A stretch of 32,000 nt of DNA from an uncultured bacterium (GTDB taxonomy: Bacteria; Auribacterota; JACPWU01). The first letter of the stretch is position 1; each line of letters begins with the position of its first letter. The stretch lies in contig CAZXEQ010000004.1 of assembly GCA_964640155.1 (NCBI GenBank), forward strand, positions 120,001 to 152,000, given 5' to 3'. The translations under genes and the position numbers were made by a program. The notes beneath the pieces were generated by a model. The model saw only the letters and a list, made by a program, of their open reading frames with translations, did no database searches and was not told where the DNA came from. Shown piece by piece: positions 7,685-15,415 of this stretch.

Positions 7685-8133
7685 GCCTTCAAAAGTTTTT
7701 TAACAACTTCCATGAATTCATTCACATCTTTAAACTGCTTGTAGACAGAAGCAAATCGTACATAGGCTACTTCATCCACATGGTGAAGTTTTTGCATAAC
7801 CAGCTCACCAATCTCTTTTGATCCAATTTCCTGCTCATGCCCTTTTTCAATAGCTCTTTCAATTTCATCTACCATTTGCTCGATTTGTTCAACACTCACA
7901 GGTCTTTTTTCACATGCTTTAAGAATGCCGCTCAAAACTTTACGGCGATCATAGCTTTCACGGGTATTATCTTTTTTGACGACTTTAAGAGGAATTTCTT
8001 CTATTTTTTCGTAAGTGGTAAATCGGCGTTCACAATGAAGGCATTCGCGTCTACGCCTAATGGAATCGCCTTCGGTAGATTCTCGGGAATCTACAACTTT
8101 ATCTTCCAAATGAGCACAGAAAGGACATTTCAT
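7681..8133 (-). CDS. nrdR: Transcriptional repressor NrdR (zinc ribbon + ATP-cone)
   Basis: MKCPFCAH...VVDSR...[17 protein letters not shown] followed by an ATP-cone; 150 aa. Confidence 0.95.
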   Translation of the reverse strand: MKCPFCAHLEDKVVDSRESTEGDSIRRRRECLHCERRFTTYEKIEEIPLKVVKKDNTRESYDRRKVLSGILKACEKRPVSVEQIEQMVDEIERAIEKGHEQEIGSKEIGELVMQKLHHVDEVAYVRFASVYKQFKDVNEFMEVVKKLLKA

Positions 8134-8149
8134 GAAATTAGCATAAGTT

Positions 8150-9409
8150 TTATAGCTTGGATTCTAAACGATCTTGATATAAAGGAAATTGTTTACAAAG
8201 TTTTAAAACTTTTTGTCGAACACCTTGAAGGACTTTTGTATCGTCTTTATGTTTCAGAACATCCACAATCAGTTCAGCAATTTCTTCCATTTCCTTTGTT
8301 TTCATTCCACGAGTAGTAATTGCAGGTGTACCAATTCGAATACCACTTGTTTTAAAGGCACTTTCCTTATCAAAAGGAATCAGATTTTTGTTTACTGTAA
8401 TACCAGCTTGATCAAGAGCTGTTGCAGCGTCTTTACCTGTAATTTTCAAGCCCGAAAGATCAACCAGCATGAGATGATTATCTGTTCCACCGGAGACAAG
8501 ACGAAGGCCAAGGCTACTGAGAGTTTTAGCAAGACTCTGTGCATTAACTACAATTTGCTTTTGATAATTTTTAAATTCATTACTAAGTGCTTCTTTAAAC
8601 GCGACTGCTTTTGCTGCAATAACATGCATCAAAGGTCCACCCTGAATACCTGGAAAAACCTGAGCATCAATATCTTTAGCAAACTCATTCTTGCAAAGAA
8701 TCATACCCCCTCTGGGACCTCGAAGTGTTTTATGGGTTGTCGTGGTTACAAAATCCATATATGGAATAGGATTAGGATGAAGTCCTGCGGCAACAAGTCC
8801 TGCAAAATGGGCCATGTCAATCATGGATAATGCTCCCACTTCATCCGCAATAGCTTTTAATTTTTGAGCATCAATAATACGAGGATACGCACTCGCTCCT
8901 CCTAAAACTAATTTTGGTTTGTGCTGTAAGGCAAGCTGTCGAATGGTATCGTAATTTAATTTTTCTGTTTCAGGATCAACACCATAAGAAACGATATTGA
9001 AAAAATTTCCAGAAAAATTCATTTTATGACCGTGTGTCAGATGCCCTCCATGCGATAAATCCATGGCTAAAATGGTATCTCCAACCTTGAGCTTACTGAA
9101 ATAAACCGCCATGTTGGCACCTGATCCCGAATGGGGTTGTACATTGGCATGCTCTGCTCCAAATAACTGTTTGGCACGATCAATGGCCAATTGTTCTGCA
9201 ACATCAACAAATTCACATCCGCTATACCAACGTTTTCCAGGATAGCCCTCAGCATATTTATTAGTCATAACAGACCCAAGAGCTTCCAATACAGCCTCGC
9301 TGACAAAATTTTCTGAGGCAATGAGTTCTAGGCCTGAAGCTTGTCTTACAGTTTCATTTTGAATCGCTGTAGCGATTTCTGGATCTTCAATTTGTAATTT
9401 ACTTGGCAT
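8150..9409 (-). CDS. glyA: Serine hydroxymethyltransferase
   Basis: PLP-lysine motif [14 protein letters not shown], plus LIASENF and [10 protein letters not shown]. The start at ATG 9409 ([12 protein letters not shown]..., GGAG upstream) fits SHMT N-termini. The longer track start at 9442 is also possible. Confidence 0.95.
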   Translation of the reverse strand: MPSKLQIEDPEIATAIQNETVRQASGLELIASENFVSEAVLEALGSVMTNKYAEGYPGKRWYSGCEFVDVAEQLAIDRAKQLFGAEHANVQPHSGSGANMAVYFSKLKVGDTILAMDLSHGGHLTHGHKMNFSGNFFNIVSYGVDPETEKLNYDTIRQLALQHKPKLVLGGASAYPRIIDAQKLKAIADEVGALSMIDMAHFAGLVAAGLHPNPIPYMDFVTTTTHKTLRGPRGGMILCKNEFAKDIDAQVFPGIQGGPLMHVIAAKAVAFKEALSNEFKNYQKQIVVNAQSLAKTLSSLGLRLVSGGTDNHLMLVDLSGLKITGKDAATALDQAGITVNKNLIPFDKESAFKTSGIRIGTPAITTRGMKTKEMEEIAELIVDVLKHKDDTKVLQGVRQKVLKLCKQFPLYQDRLESKL

Positions 9410-9456
9410 GATTTGCACTCCATCAACTGGAACTGGGTTCATACTTTTTCTCTCTG

Positions 9457-9897
9457 TTATTTTTTTTCGAAGTCTTTTATTTTGTTAACTCGTTTTTCAT
9501 GACGACCACCTTCAAAATCAGTTTTGAGCCATGTATCTACAATTTTATTCGCATTCCCAGGTTGAATATAACTCGCCGATAAAATAAGAACATTGGCATC
9601 ATTGTGCTTACGACTCATTTCGGCCATATCTTCATTTAAACACAATGCCCCTCGGACTCCAGCAACTTTATTAGCTACAATACTCATTCCAATCCCTGTT
9701 TTACACATTAAAATAGCTCGATCTGCAGCTCCCTTTGAAACAAGTTTTGCCGCTTCAAGACCATAATCTGGATAATCTACCGATTCTTCATTAAAACATC
9801 CCACATCAACAGGTTCATGTCCCAATTTTTTGATCTCTGCTTTTAAATGCTCTTTTAACTGAAAACCGCCATGATCTGCCGCAATTGCAATTTTCAT
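9457..9897 (-). CDS. rpiB: Ribose-5-phosphate isomerase B
   Basis: 146 aa; [19 protein letters not shown]..., [13 protein letters not shown]; RpiB/LacAB family. Confidence 0.9.
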   Translation of the reverse strand: MKIAIAADHGGFQLKEHLKAEIKKLGHEPVDVGCFNEESVDYPDYGLEAAKLVSKGAADRAILMCKTGIGMSIVANKVAGVRGALCLNEDMAEMSRKHNDANVLILSASYIQPGNANKIVDTWLKTDFEGGRHEKRVNKIKDFEKK

Positions 9898-9908
9898 TTT
9901 TTACCTTG

Positions 9909-11006
9909 TTATAACGCTTCTACAAGTCTTGTGATGGGATCTTTAATCATATTAAAACATTGTCGATAAGCCCATATCGGTTGACCAATGGGGTCCTCGA
10001 CATCCATACCAAAAAAATCCCAGCGGCTTGAAAAATTCATCAATAAATGAACTTTTGCTTTATCAAAAGAAGGTTGTTTCGCTATTTCCAAAATAAACCG
10101 CTCATGAGCTCGAGTCATAGCAATAATCAAATCAGAATTTGAAATAAGCTCTGGTGTTAAAGCTTGGGATAAATGCCTAGAAATGTCAATGCCCTGCTCT
10201 CTCATCACAAGAACACCATTTTCAGAAGGACGAATACCAGGAAATGCTGTCGTTCCTGCAGAGATAGCTCGAACAGGTTTTTTATCTTCAACAAGTTTAT
10301 TAAAAAAACCTTCTGCCATAACACTGCGACAACTATTCCCAGTACACACAAATAAAACTTTTTTAATCTTATTTTTTTCCAGAGTAGGACGATTAAGGCA
10401 TGTATCAATAAGCTCTTGAGAAATATAACCATTTCTTAAAAATTTAACTCGATCTCTATCCATTTCAATTACAGTAGATTCTTTTCCGATGGGAGTAGGC
10501 CCTGCGTCAATCACAAGATCAATTTTACCTTCAAGATTTTTCAAAACTTCTTGAGCAGTTCTAGGGCCAGAATGTCCACTTAAGTTTGCACTTGGACAAC
10601 CAATAGGTACGCCCGCTTTTTCAACAATGGCTCTTGCAATAGGATGATCGGGAACCCTAAACCCTACTTTTTGAGTTGCTAAAGATCCTTTATCACAATG
10701 TAAAAATAAAGTTAGAGGCCCAGGCCAAAAGGTCTGAATCAACTTTTGCACAGAAGGAGAAATTTGATTGATAAACTCTGAAAGTTGTTCTGGTTTTGCT
10801 AAAAGAATTGGCAAAGGTCTGGATTTAGCACGCTGTTTAACTTCATAGACCTTTTGAACTGCATCAGGAATTAAAATATTCACGCCTAACGCATAAATTG
10901 TATCTGTTGGAAATGCAACAATCCCCCCTTTTTGAATGGTTTGTATTGCATAGGAAAGAGTTGCTTCGTCGGGATTCTTAGGATCTATTTGGCGATATTC
11001 GGTCAT
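9909..11006 (-). CDS. Fusion protein: YrdC/TsaC-type threonylcarbamoyl-AMP synthase domain + low-molecular-weight (YwlE-like) phosphatase domain
   Basis: The N-terminal ~205 aa are YrdC/Sua5-like (GGIVAFPTDTIYALG, FWPGPLTL, SANLSG). The C-terminal ~150 aa are LMW-PTP-like, with P-loop VLFVCTGNSCRS and a DVEDPIG acid loop. The junction is near nt 10380. I prefer the ATG at 11006 over the TTG at 11018. Confidence 0.85.
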   Translation of the reverse strand: MTEYRQIDPKNPDEATLSYAIQTIQKGGIVAFPTDTIYALGVNILIPDAVQKVYEVKQRAKSRPLPILLAKPEQLSEFINQISPSVQKLIQTFWPGPLTLFLHCDKGSLATQKVGFRVPDHPIARAIVEKAGVPIGCPSANLSGHSGPRTAQEVLKNLEGKIDLVIDAGPTPIGKESTVIEMDRDRVKFLRNGYISQELIDTCLNRPTLEKNKIKKVLFVCTGNSCRSVMAEGFFNKLVEDKKPVRAISAGTTAFPGIRPSENGVLVMREQGIDISRHLSQALTPELISNSDLIIAMTRAHERFILEIAKQPSFDKAKVHLLMNFSSRWDFFGMDVEDPIGQPIWAYRQCFNMIKDPITRLVEAL

Positions 11007-11048
11007 GGAATTAAGCAATTAAGGTGATTGGACAAAAAAGCCAAGGTC

Positions 11049-11114
11049 GGCCTGCTCTGACATAACGTCAGGACCAGGCCTCCACTTTTCCGTGGCATAT
11101 GCCCCGGAAAAGTG
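11049..11114. repeat. Two adjacent GC-rich palindromes (hairpins A and B)
   Basis: Hairpin A: GGCCTG (11049-11054) pairs with CAGGCC (11075-11080), and CTGAC (11057-11061) pairs with GTCAG (11067-11071). Hairpin B: a perfect 10-bp CACTTTTCCG (11083-11092) / CGGAAAAGTG (11105-11114) encloses GGCATATGCC. On the minus strand, A is followed by GACCTTGGCTTTTTTG. Confidence 0.5.
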
Positions 11115-11125
11115 CTGCGGAAAAA

Positions 11126-11158
11126 GGTAACCACGGACTTATGTCCGTGGTATATACC
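11126..11158 (-). terminator. Rho-independent-terminator-like hairpin after the HAMP gene (hairpin C)
   Basis: A perfect 9-bp stem ACCACGGAC/GTCCGTGGT (11130-11151) with a 4-nt loop is flanked by GGTA/TACC. On the minus strand it is followed by UUACCUUUUUCC. It lies ~35 nt after the stop at 11187. Confidence 0.4.
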
Positions 11159-11186
11159 GCTAGTTAGAAAATTTTTGAAGTTCAAT

Positions 11187-11654
11187 TTATCTCCTTTTTT
11201 CAAGGATCGCTAATAATTCATTGAATTTATCAGCAAGATCTTTTAGATAATCATTTTTGCGTAGTGCAATACGGACTGAATAATCCCCTCGAATTGCAGT
11301 TTCAAGAACTTTTTTAAAACGATAAACCGGTCCTACAACCCGATGTGTAAATCGAATCACTAAATAAGATGCACATCCTCCCACAATCAAAATCACAATA
11401 TACACAAGGAATATAAACTGTGAATCTTTTTTCTTAAGTTCTTCCTTTAAAGCTACAAGACGACTCGAGGAACTTTCACTAGAAGAGAGCGCTCCTTCCT
11501 CTACTGAAACAAGAATATAATCACTCATATAGCTATTGATGCGAACTAAAAGAAAACTGAAACAGCCGCATATCAAAACAAGAAGGATTAATACAAATTT
11601 TAAAAATGAAAACTGAAAGGATTTATCTATTAAAAATTTTTTTCTTTTTTGCAA
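11187..11654 (-). CDS. Small two-TM membrane protein with a single HAMP-like domain and no output domain
   Basis: 155 aa. It has an N-terminal KKFLIDKSFQ motif + TM1, a Ser-rich loop and TM2. These are followed by HRVVGPVYRFKKVLETAIRGDYSVRIALRKNDYLKDLADKFNELL (HAMP-like). The apparent start is TTG. Confidence 0.65.
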   Translation of the reverse strand: MQKRKKFLIDKSFQFSFLKFVLILLVLICGCFSFLLVRINSYMSDYILVSVEEGALSSSESSSSRLVALKEELKKKDSQFIFLVYIVILIVGGCASYLVIRFTHRVVGPVYRFKKVLETAIRGDYSVRIALRKNDYLKDLADKFNELLAILEKRR

Positions 11655-11819
11655 TGGCTCTTCTCTTTATTTACAAATCTAACTTCAAGCGCATCGAGCT
11701 CTTATCATCATTTGTTTCTATTGGTAACATCTTCTCTTGCAATTGTTACTTGCATTATATTCTACCAGACGACTATAATCAAACAAAATTGGCCTTATTA
11801 TAAAAAGAAAGTAGCCAGC

Positions 11820-12398
11820 ATGAATCTACCCAACAAGCTCACTTGTTTAAGAATTGTTTTAATGCCACTAACTCTTTATTTCATTTTTAGAAACACATGG
11901 GGATTTTTTCTCACCGGCTTTTGTTTAGCTGTTGCTGTAGGATTTACGGATCTGTTTGATGGTTATTTAGCAAGACGGTATAAAATCGTGACTCGATTTG
12001 GTCAGTTTTTAGATCCATTAGCAGATAAAATTTTTGTGGTTACGCTTTTACTTTATTTTGTAGGTCTCAAGGAAGTACCCGCTTGGGTCGTCATTTTAGT
12101 TTTAATCCGAGAACTTGCTATGACAGATCTTAGAATGGTTGCAGCCCAAGAGAAACTTGATATACGCGCAAATCTTTTAGGAAAAAGAAAAGCTCTTTTT
12201 CAGTATCTTCTACTTTTTCATCTAGGCTATCTTAGGTTTATTGAGCTTCTGAATATTTCTTTACAGGGGTGGATGTATCACTTTGCTAAGGGGACGTATA
12301 TTCTTCTTTTATGTCTGGTGGTTTTCTTTACTACCTTCTCGATGATTTATTATATGTGGGTAAATCGCAGACCCTTATCAAATCCTCTCGCTCGGTAA
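11820..12398 (+). CDS. pgsA: CDP-diacylglycerol--glycerol-3-phosphate 3-phosphatidyltransferase (CDP-alcohol phosphatidyltransferase family)
   Basis: From the ATG at 11820: MNLPNKLTCLRIVLMPL..., with family motif DLFDGYLARRYKIVTRFGQFLDPLADKI. I reject the track's 57-codon upstream extension (TTG at 11649). Confidence 0.85.
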   Translation: MNLPNKLTCLRIVLMPLTLYFIFRNTWGFFLTGFCLAVAVGFTDLFDGYLARRYKIVTRFGQFLDPLADKIFVVTLLLYFVGLKEVPAWVVILVLIRELAMTDLRMVAAQEKLDIRANLLGKRKALFQYLLLFHLGYLRFIELLNISLQGWMYHFAKGTYILLLCLVVFFTTFSMIYYMWVNRRPLSNPLAR

Positions 12399-13556
12399 AC
12401 CCCTCTCTTGTTCCTTTTCTTCATTTTTTCGCATATTCATTCCAAAACCTGCCCCCAGCAGAAGCCAGAAAAATGTTGCAATCGGGATAGAATAAAGATG
12501 AGTATCTCCTAAGGAATGAATTGAAAAAGCAAGAATGGAACAAAAAAAACCTAAAATACTCATACAAAATCTATTTTTAAAAAGTTGAATAAAAAAAGTT
12601 AAAAGAATTGCCAAAAAAGACAACAACCCAAGGGCCCCCGTTTCAAAAAGAATTTGAAGATAACAATTGTGTGCATAACCTTTTTCAAGAAGAGATGAAA
12701 AGTTTTTTAGACCATATCCCAGAATAGGTTTTTGCAAGAAAAGGTCCCAAGTCGTTTTCCATGTTTCAAAACGCATTTGAGTTGTAATGTTTTGTGGATT
12801 AAAGATATCTTTAATTCTTTCGGTTAAAATATTTGGAAATGTAAAGAGAGAAAGGATCAGGAAAATAAAAAAGAGAATAAACAATTTTTTATCTCTTATG
12901 ATTGCAAGAACCATTATAGAAATCCCTAGCCCCACCCACCCCCCTCTAGAATAAGTTAAAATTAACGCGCATAAAACCAAAAGAAAATGAAATATATAAA
13001 TGGGCTGTCTTTTCTCATACCATCTTGTAACGCTAAATAGTGTCGCCATAGCTAAATATGCAGCGAGGTTGTTAGGATGGCTAAAAGAAGCGGTAATGCG
13101 AATGGTATTTTGAAAGATAGCAGCAGGTCTAAATAAAATAATATCGTGTTTTAGAAAAAATTGAACTAGCCCATCAAACGCAATGATTCCTGAACTGAAA
13201 ATAATGATCGGGATAAGATTTTGAATTCTTTTAGAGCTTTGAAACTGCTTCATCGAAATAAAGGCAAGCAACACATATTCTGTCAAATTAAGTAATTCCT
13301 CTAAACTCTTCATTAAAAACTGAGATGAGAAGATAGAAAACAAGCCTGCCAACCAATAGCTTAAAAGAGGCCATGTCAAAGGAGTATTAATTTGAACTTT
13401 CTCTTTCTTTAAGAAAAGCAAAAGAAACCAATTAGTAATAATTAAAACGAGTAAAATTTCAACCAATGCACGCGAAAAGGTCAAAACAATGGGCAAACTT
13501 AAAAGAAAAAAATCTAAACTTATTTCAACTTTCGGAATCAGTTTCTTTAAAATCAT
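12378..13556 (-). CDS. O-antigen ligase/polymerase family (Wzy_C/WaaL-like) membrane protein
   Basis: 392 aa, polytopic. It has a YSRGGWVGLGISIMVL-type motif and a periplasmic loop typical of PF04932. ATG at 13556 overlaps the holA stop (ATGA). Confidence 0.7.
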   Translation of the reverse strand: MILKKLIPKVEISLDFFLLSLPIVLTFSRALVEILLVLIITNWFLLLFLKKEKVQINTPLTWPLLSYWLAGLFSIFSSQFLMKSLEELLNLTEYVLLAFISMKQFQSSKRIQNLIPIIIFSSGIIAFDGLVQFFLKHDIILFRPAAIFQNTIRITASFSHPNNLAAYLAMATLFSVTRWYEKRQPIYIFHFLLVLCALILTYSRGGWVGLGISIMVLAIIRDKKLFILFFIFLILSLFTFPNILTERIKDIFNPQNITTQMRFETWKTTWDLFLQKPILGYGLKNFSSLLEKGYAHNCYLQILFETGALGLLSFLAILLTFFIQLFKNRFCMSILGFFCSILAFSIHSLGDTHLYSIPIATFFWLLLGAGFGMNMRKNEEKEQERGLPSERI

Positions 13557-14605
13557 GCAACTCCTAGAACAAATTTTTCTAAAGTTTGTTCCCCACTTCT
13601 AGAATTTACAAGTTCCCAATAAGCATCTGCACATTTCAAAAACAAATTTTTAAGTTGGGGAAGAGAAAAGAGACAAGCTTGTTGAATTAAAAGAAAACAT
13701 CGATAAGGATGTTGCCTTAAAAGATGGGCTTCTTGCGGAAGAACCTCTTTGATGTTTTGAGGCAAAGACACCGTGATTTCCTCTATAAATGATTTTCGAT
13801 AGGTTGCGGGAATTTTTTTCTCTTGAATATACCCCTCTTCCATCAAAGCTTTTGCCTGAAGCAAAAGTCTTAAAGTGTTAAAAAGTTGTGTGACCAGCCC
13901 AATAGGGCTTTCTCCTTGCTGAAGAAGCGCCTGCAATGTTTTTATAGAAAAAATATGTTTACCCGATAAGACTTCATTAACAAATTTAAAAAAGGGCTCT
14001 TCTGATGAAGAAGTGATTAAAACCTCTACATCATTTAATTCAATATTTTTCTTAGAACCAATATAAGTAATTATTTTCTCTAGTTCAGACTTTAAAATCC
14101 CTAAATCACTACCTGCCTGACTTATAAGAACATCACAAGCTTTAGGATAAATGGTTTTAGCATGTGCTTTCAGCATGTCTTGAACAAAACTTCTTAATGT
14201 TTCTTCAGTAAGCTCTAATTCTTCCCAAGAAGAATTTTTCTTTAATTCTGAAACACATTTAAATCTTTGATCCACCTTGGTGTTTGTAAAAATGAGGGTA
14301 TTTTGAAAAGGCAATACTCCTTTGATCAACCCAAGAAAAGCAACCTCTTCTTTTGCTGCACCCTTTTCAAGAATTTTTAGATTTTTTACCCAAATACACT
14401 TCTCTTGGCTCAAAAGCGACGGCGTCTGAACATTGGAAATGATTTCCTGAATAGAAGCATCTTGACCGTCTATGATTTCAAGACTTAAAAGATTGAAATC
14501 ATTCACTTTTGGTCCAAAAAGGGAAAAAACTTTTTCTCTGAGAGATCCTTCATCAGAACCAAAGAAAAAATAAATGCGATTTTGGGGTTCATGTTTTGGA
14601 GGCAT
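13553..14605 (-). CDS. holA: DNA polymerase III delta subunit
   Basis: 350 aa. The N-terminus IYFFFGSDEGSLREKV plus the overall length and pattern (delta N-domain, then helical domains) fit HolA. Assignment is by pattern recognition only. Confidence 0.75.
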   Translation of the reverse strand: MPPKHEPQNRIYFFFGSDEGSLREKVFSLFGPKVNDFNLLSLEIIDGQDASIQEIISNVQTPSLLSQEKCIWVKNLKILEKGAAKEEVAFLGLIKGVLPFQNTLIFTNTKVDQRFKCVSELKKNSSWEELELTEETLRSFVQDMLKAHAKTIYPKACDVLISQAGSDLGILKSELEKIITYIGSKKNIELNDVEVLITSSSEEPFFKFVNEVLSGKHIFSIKTLQALLQQGESPIGLVTQLFNTLRLLLQAKALMEEGYIQEKKIPATYRKSFIEEITVSLPQNIKEVLPQEAHLLRQHPYRCFLLIQQACLFSLPQLKNLFLKCADAYWELVNSRSGEQTLEKFVLGVA

Positions 14606-14910
14606 ATTTAAGGCAATGGGTGCGGATTGATTTTTCGCTTGTTTTGTTGAGAAATTAAAGTACTATATTTCTTCCCTGACGGGCGTTCTATTTTTTTGAT
14701 GACCTGTTTAAGGTGTACCTGTTGAGGCCATCTAGCTGTTTGAATGCTTTTGTTTTGTCTTCTAGAAATAGATTTCATAATTTCTAGGAAGACTATAGTC
14801 AATTTAGATTGTAGGATCAAGAATCAAAGTTTTTTAAATTTATAATTTTTGTCATAAATATTTTTTCTTCATACACATTCACAATTTGACAAATGAGGAG
14901 GAGAAGCGCC

Positions 14911-15327
14911 ATGGAAGATTTTGAAAAGGTTAATTATAAGAAGTTTCGTGAGAAGGCACTTCATCGCGATAAATACATCTGTCAAAAATGCAAAAAAGAG
15001 TTTCCTACTGACGAGTTAGACGTGCATCATCTGGTTCCGAAATCACACGGAGGCCCTTCTTCTGCTGAAAACATTCAGACTCTTTGTAAAAAACATCATC
15101 GCCTTCTCCATAAAGAGACCAACAGTCTTGATGAATATGCTTTTGAGTTCAAGCATTTCAACAACGTTGAAAGAATCATGGATTCTTTTCTTGATGATCT
15201 TGAAGAAGAACAAACTTCTGCAGCGGCAGCAGAGCCCGAACGATCTTCAAATGAAGAGCTTGGAGATATTGACATCGAAGAGCTGGAAGATATGGATAAG
15301 CAAAAAGATTTTGATAACGAAGTTTAA
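14911..15327 (+). CDS. Small HNH endonuclease-domain protein with a polyacidic C-terminal tail
   Basis: AGGAGG sits 10 nt upstream of the ATG at 14911. The HNH/zinc motif is CQKCKKEF...DVHHLVPKSHGGPSSAENIQTLCKKHHRLLH. The C-terminal ~48 aa (about nt 15184-15327) are D/E-rich (DDLEEEQ...DIDIEELEDMDKQKDFDNEV). Confidence 0.8.
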   Translation: MEDFEKVNYKKFREKALHRDKYICQKCKKEFPTDELDVHHLVPKSHGGPSSAENIQTLCKKHHRLLHKETNSLDEYAFEFKHFNNVERIMDSFLDDLEEEQTSAAAAEPERSSNEELGDIDIEELEDMDKQKDFDNEV

Positions 15328-15415
15328 CAGTAACAGCGGCATTTAAAACGTTAAACTTTGCACCTTCTTTTATCGTATTATTATTCCTAATCGGGATTAT
15401 CCATGCGATACTCTA

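Noticed and set aside
8213-8830. Antisense or shadow ORFs in the track: 8213-8830, 7837-8316, 1731-2003, 3351-3533, 4015-4236, 9067-9255, 10173-10432, 11606-11803, 15128-15346, 16612-16800, 17184-17413, 17579-17997, 18168-18377, 20669-20882, 26178-26426, 31316-31558
   Set aside because: All lie inside or opposite strongly supported genes. Their composition is low-complexity or Cys/Phe/Asn-rich, typical of antisense frames in AT-rich DNA, and they carry no recognisable motifs.
11049-11080. SRP RNA domain IV-like pattern on the minus strand (GGCC...GUCAG-AGCA-GGCC)
   Set aside because: The 3' AGCA loop plus GGCC stem is reminiscent of SRP RNA. However, the apical loop is GUUAU rather than a GNRA tetraloop, and the 5' loop does not match. 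The flanking sequence folds into separate hairpins instead of one long SRP helix.
11003-11203. 66-aa minus-strand ORF in the track
   Set aside because: It overlaps the ends of both flanking genes and consists of the three palindromes read as protein, so it is not credible as a CDS.
14608-14820. 70-aa very basic ORF ending 2 nt before holA; considered as ribosomal protein S20 or another small basic protein
   Set aside because: It has a TTG start, no SD and no match to the S20 N-terminal pattern beyond generic K/R/Q richness. It contains a plausible holA promoter (TTGACT, 17-nt spacer, TATGAA) and an 8-bp inverted repeat (TCTAGAAA/TTTCTAGA, 14761-14788). I therefore read it as 5' UTR and promoter. 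Confidence in the rejection is moderate.
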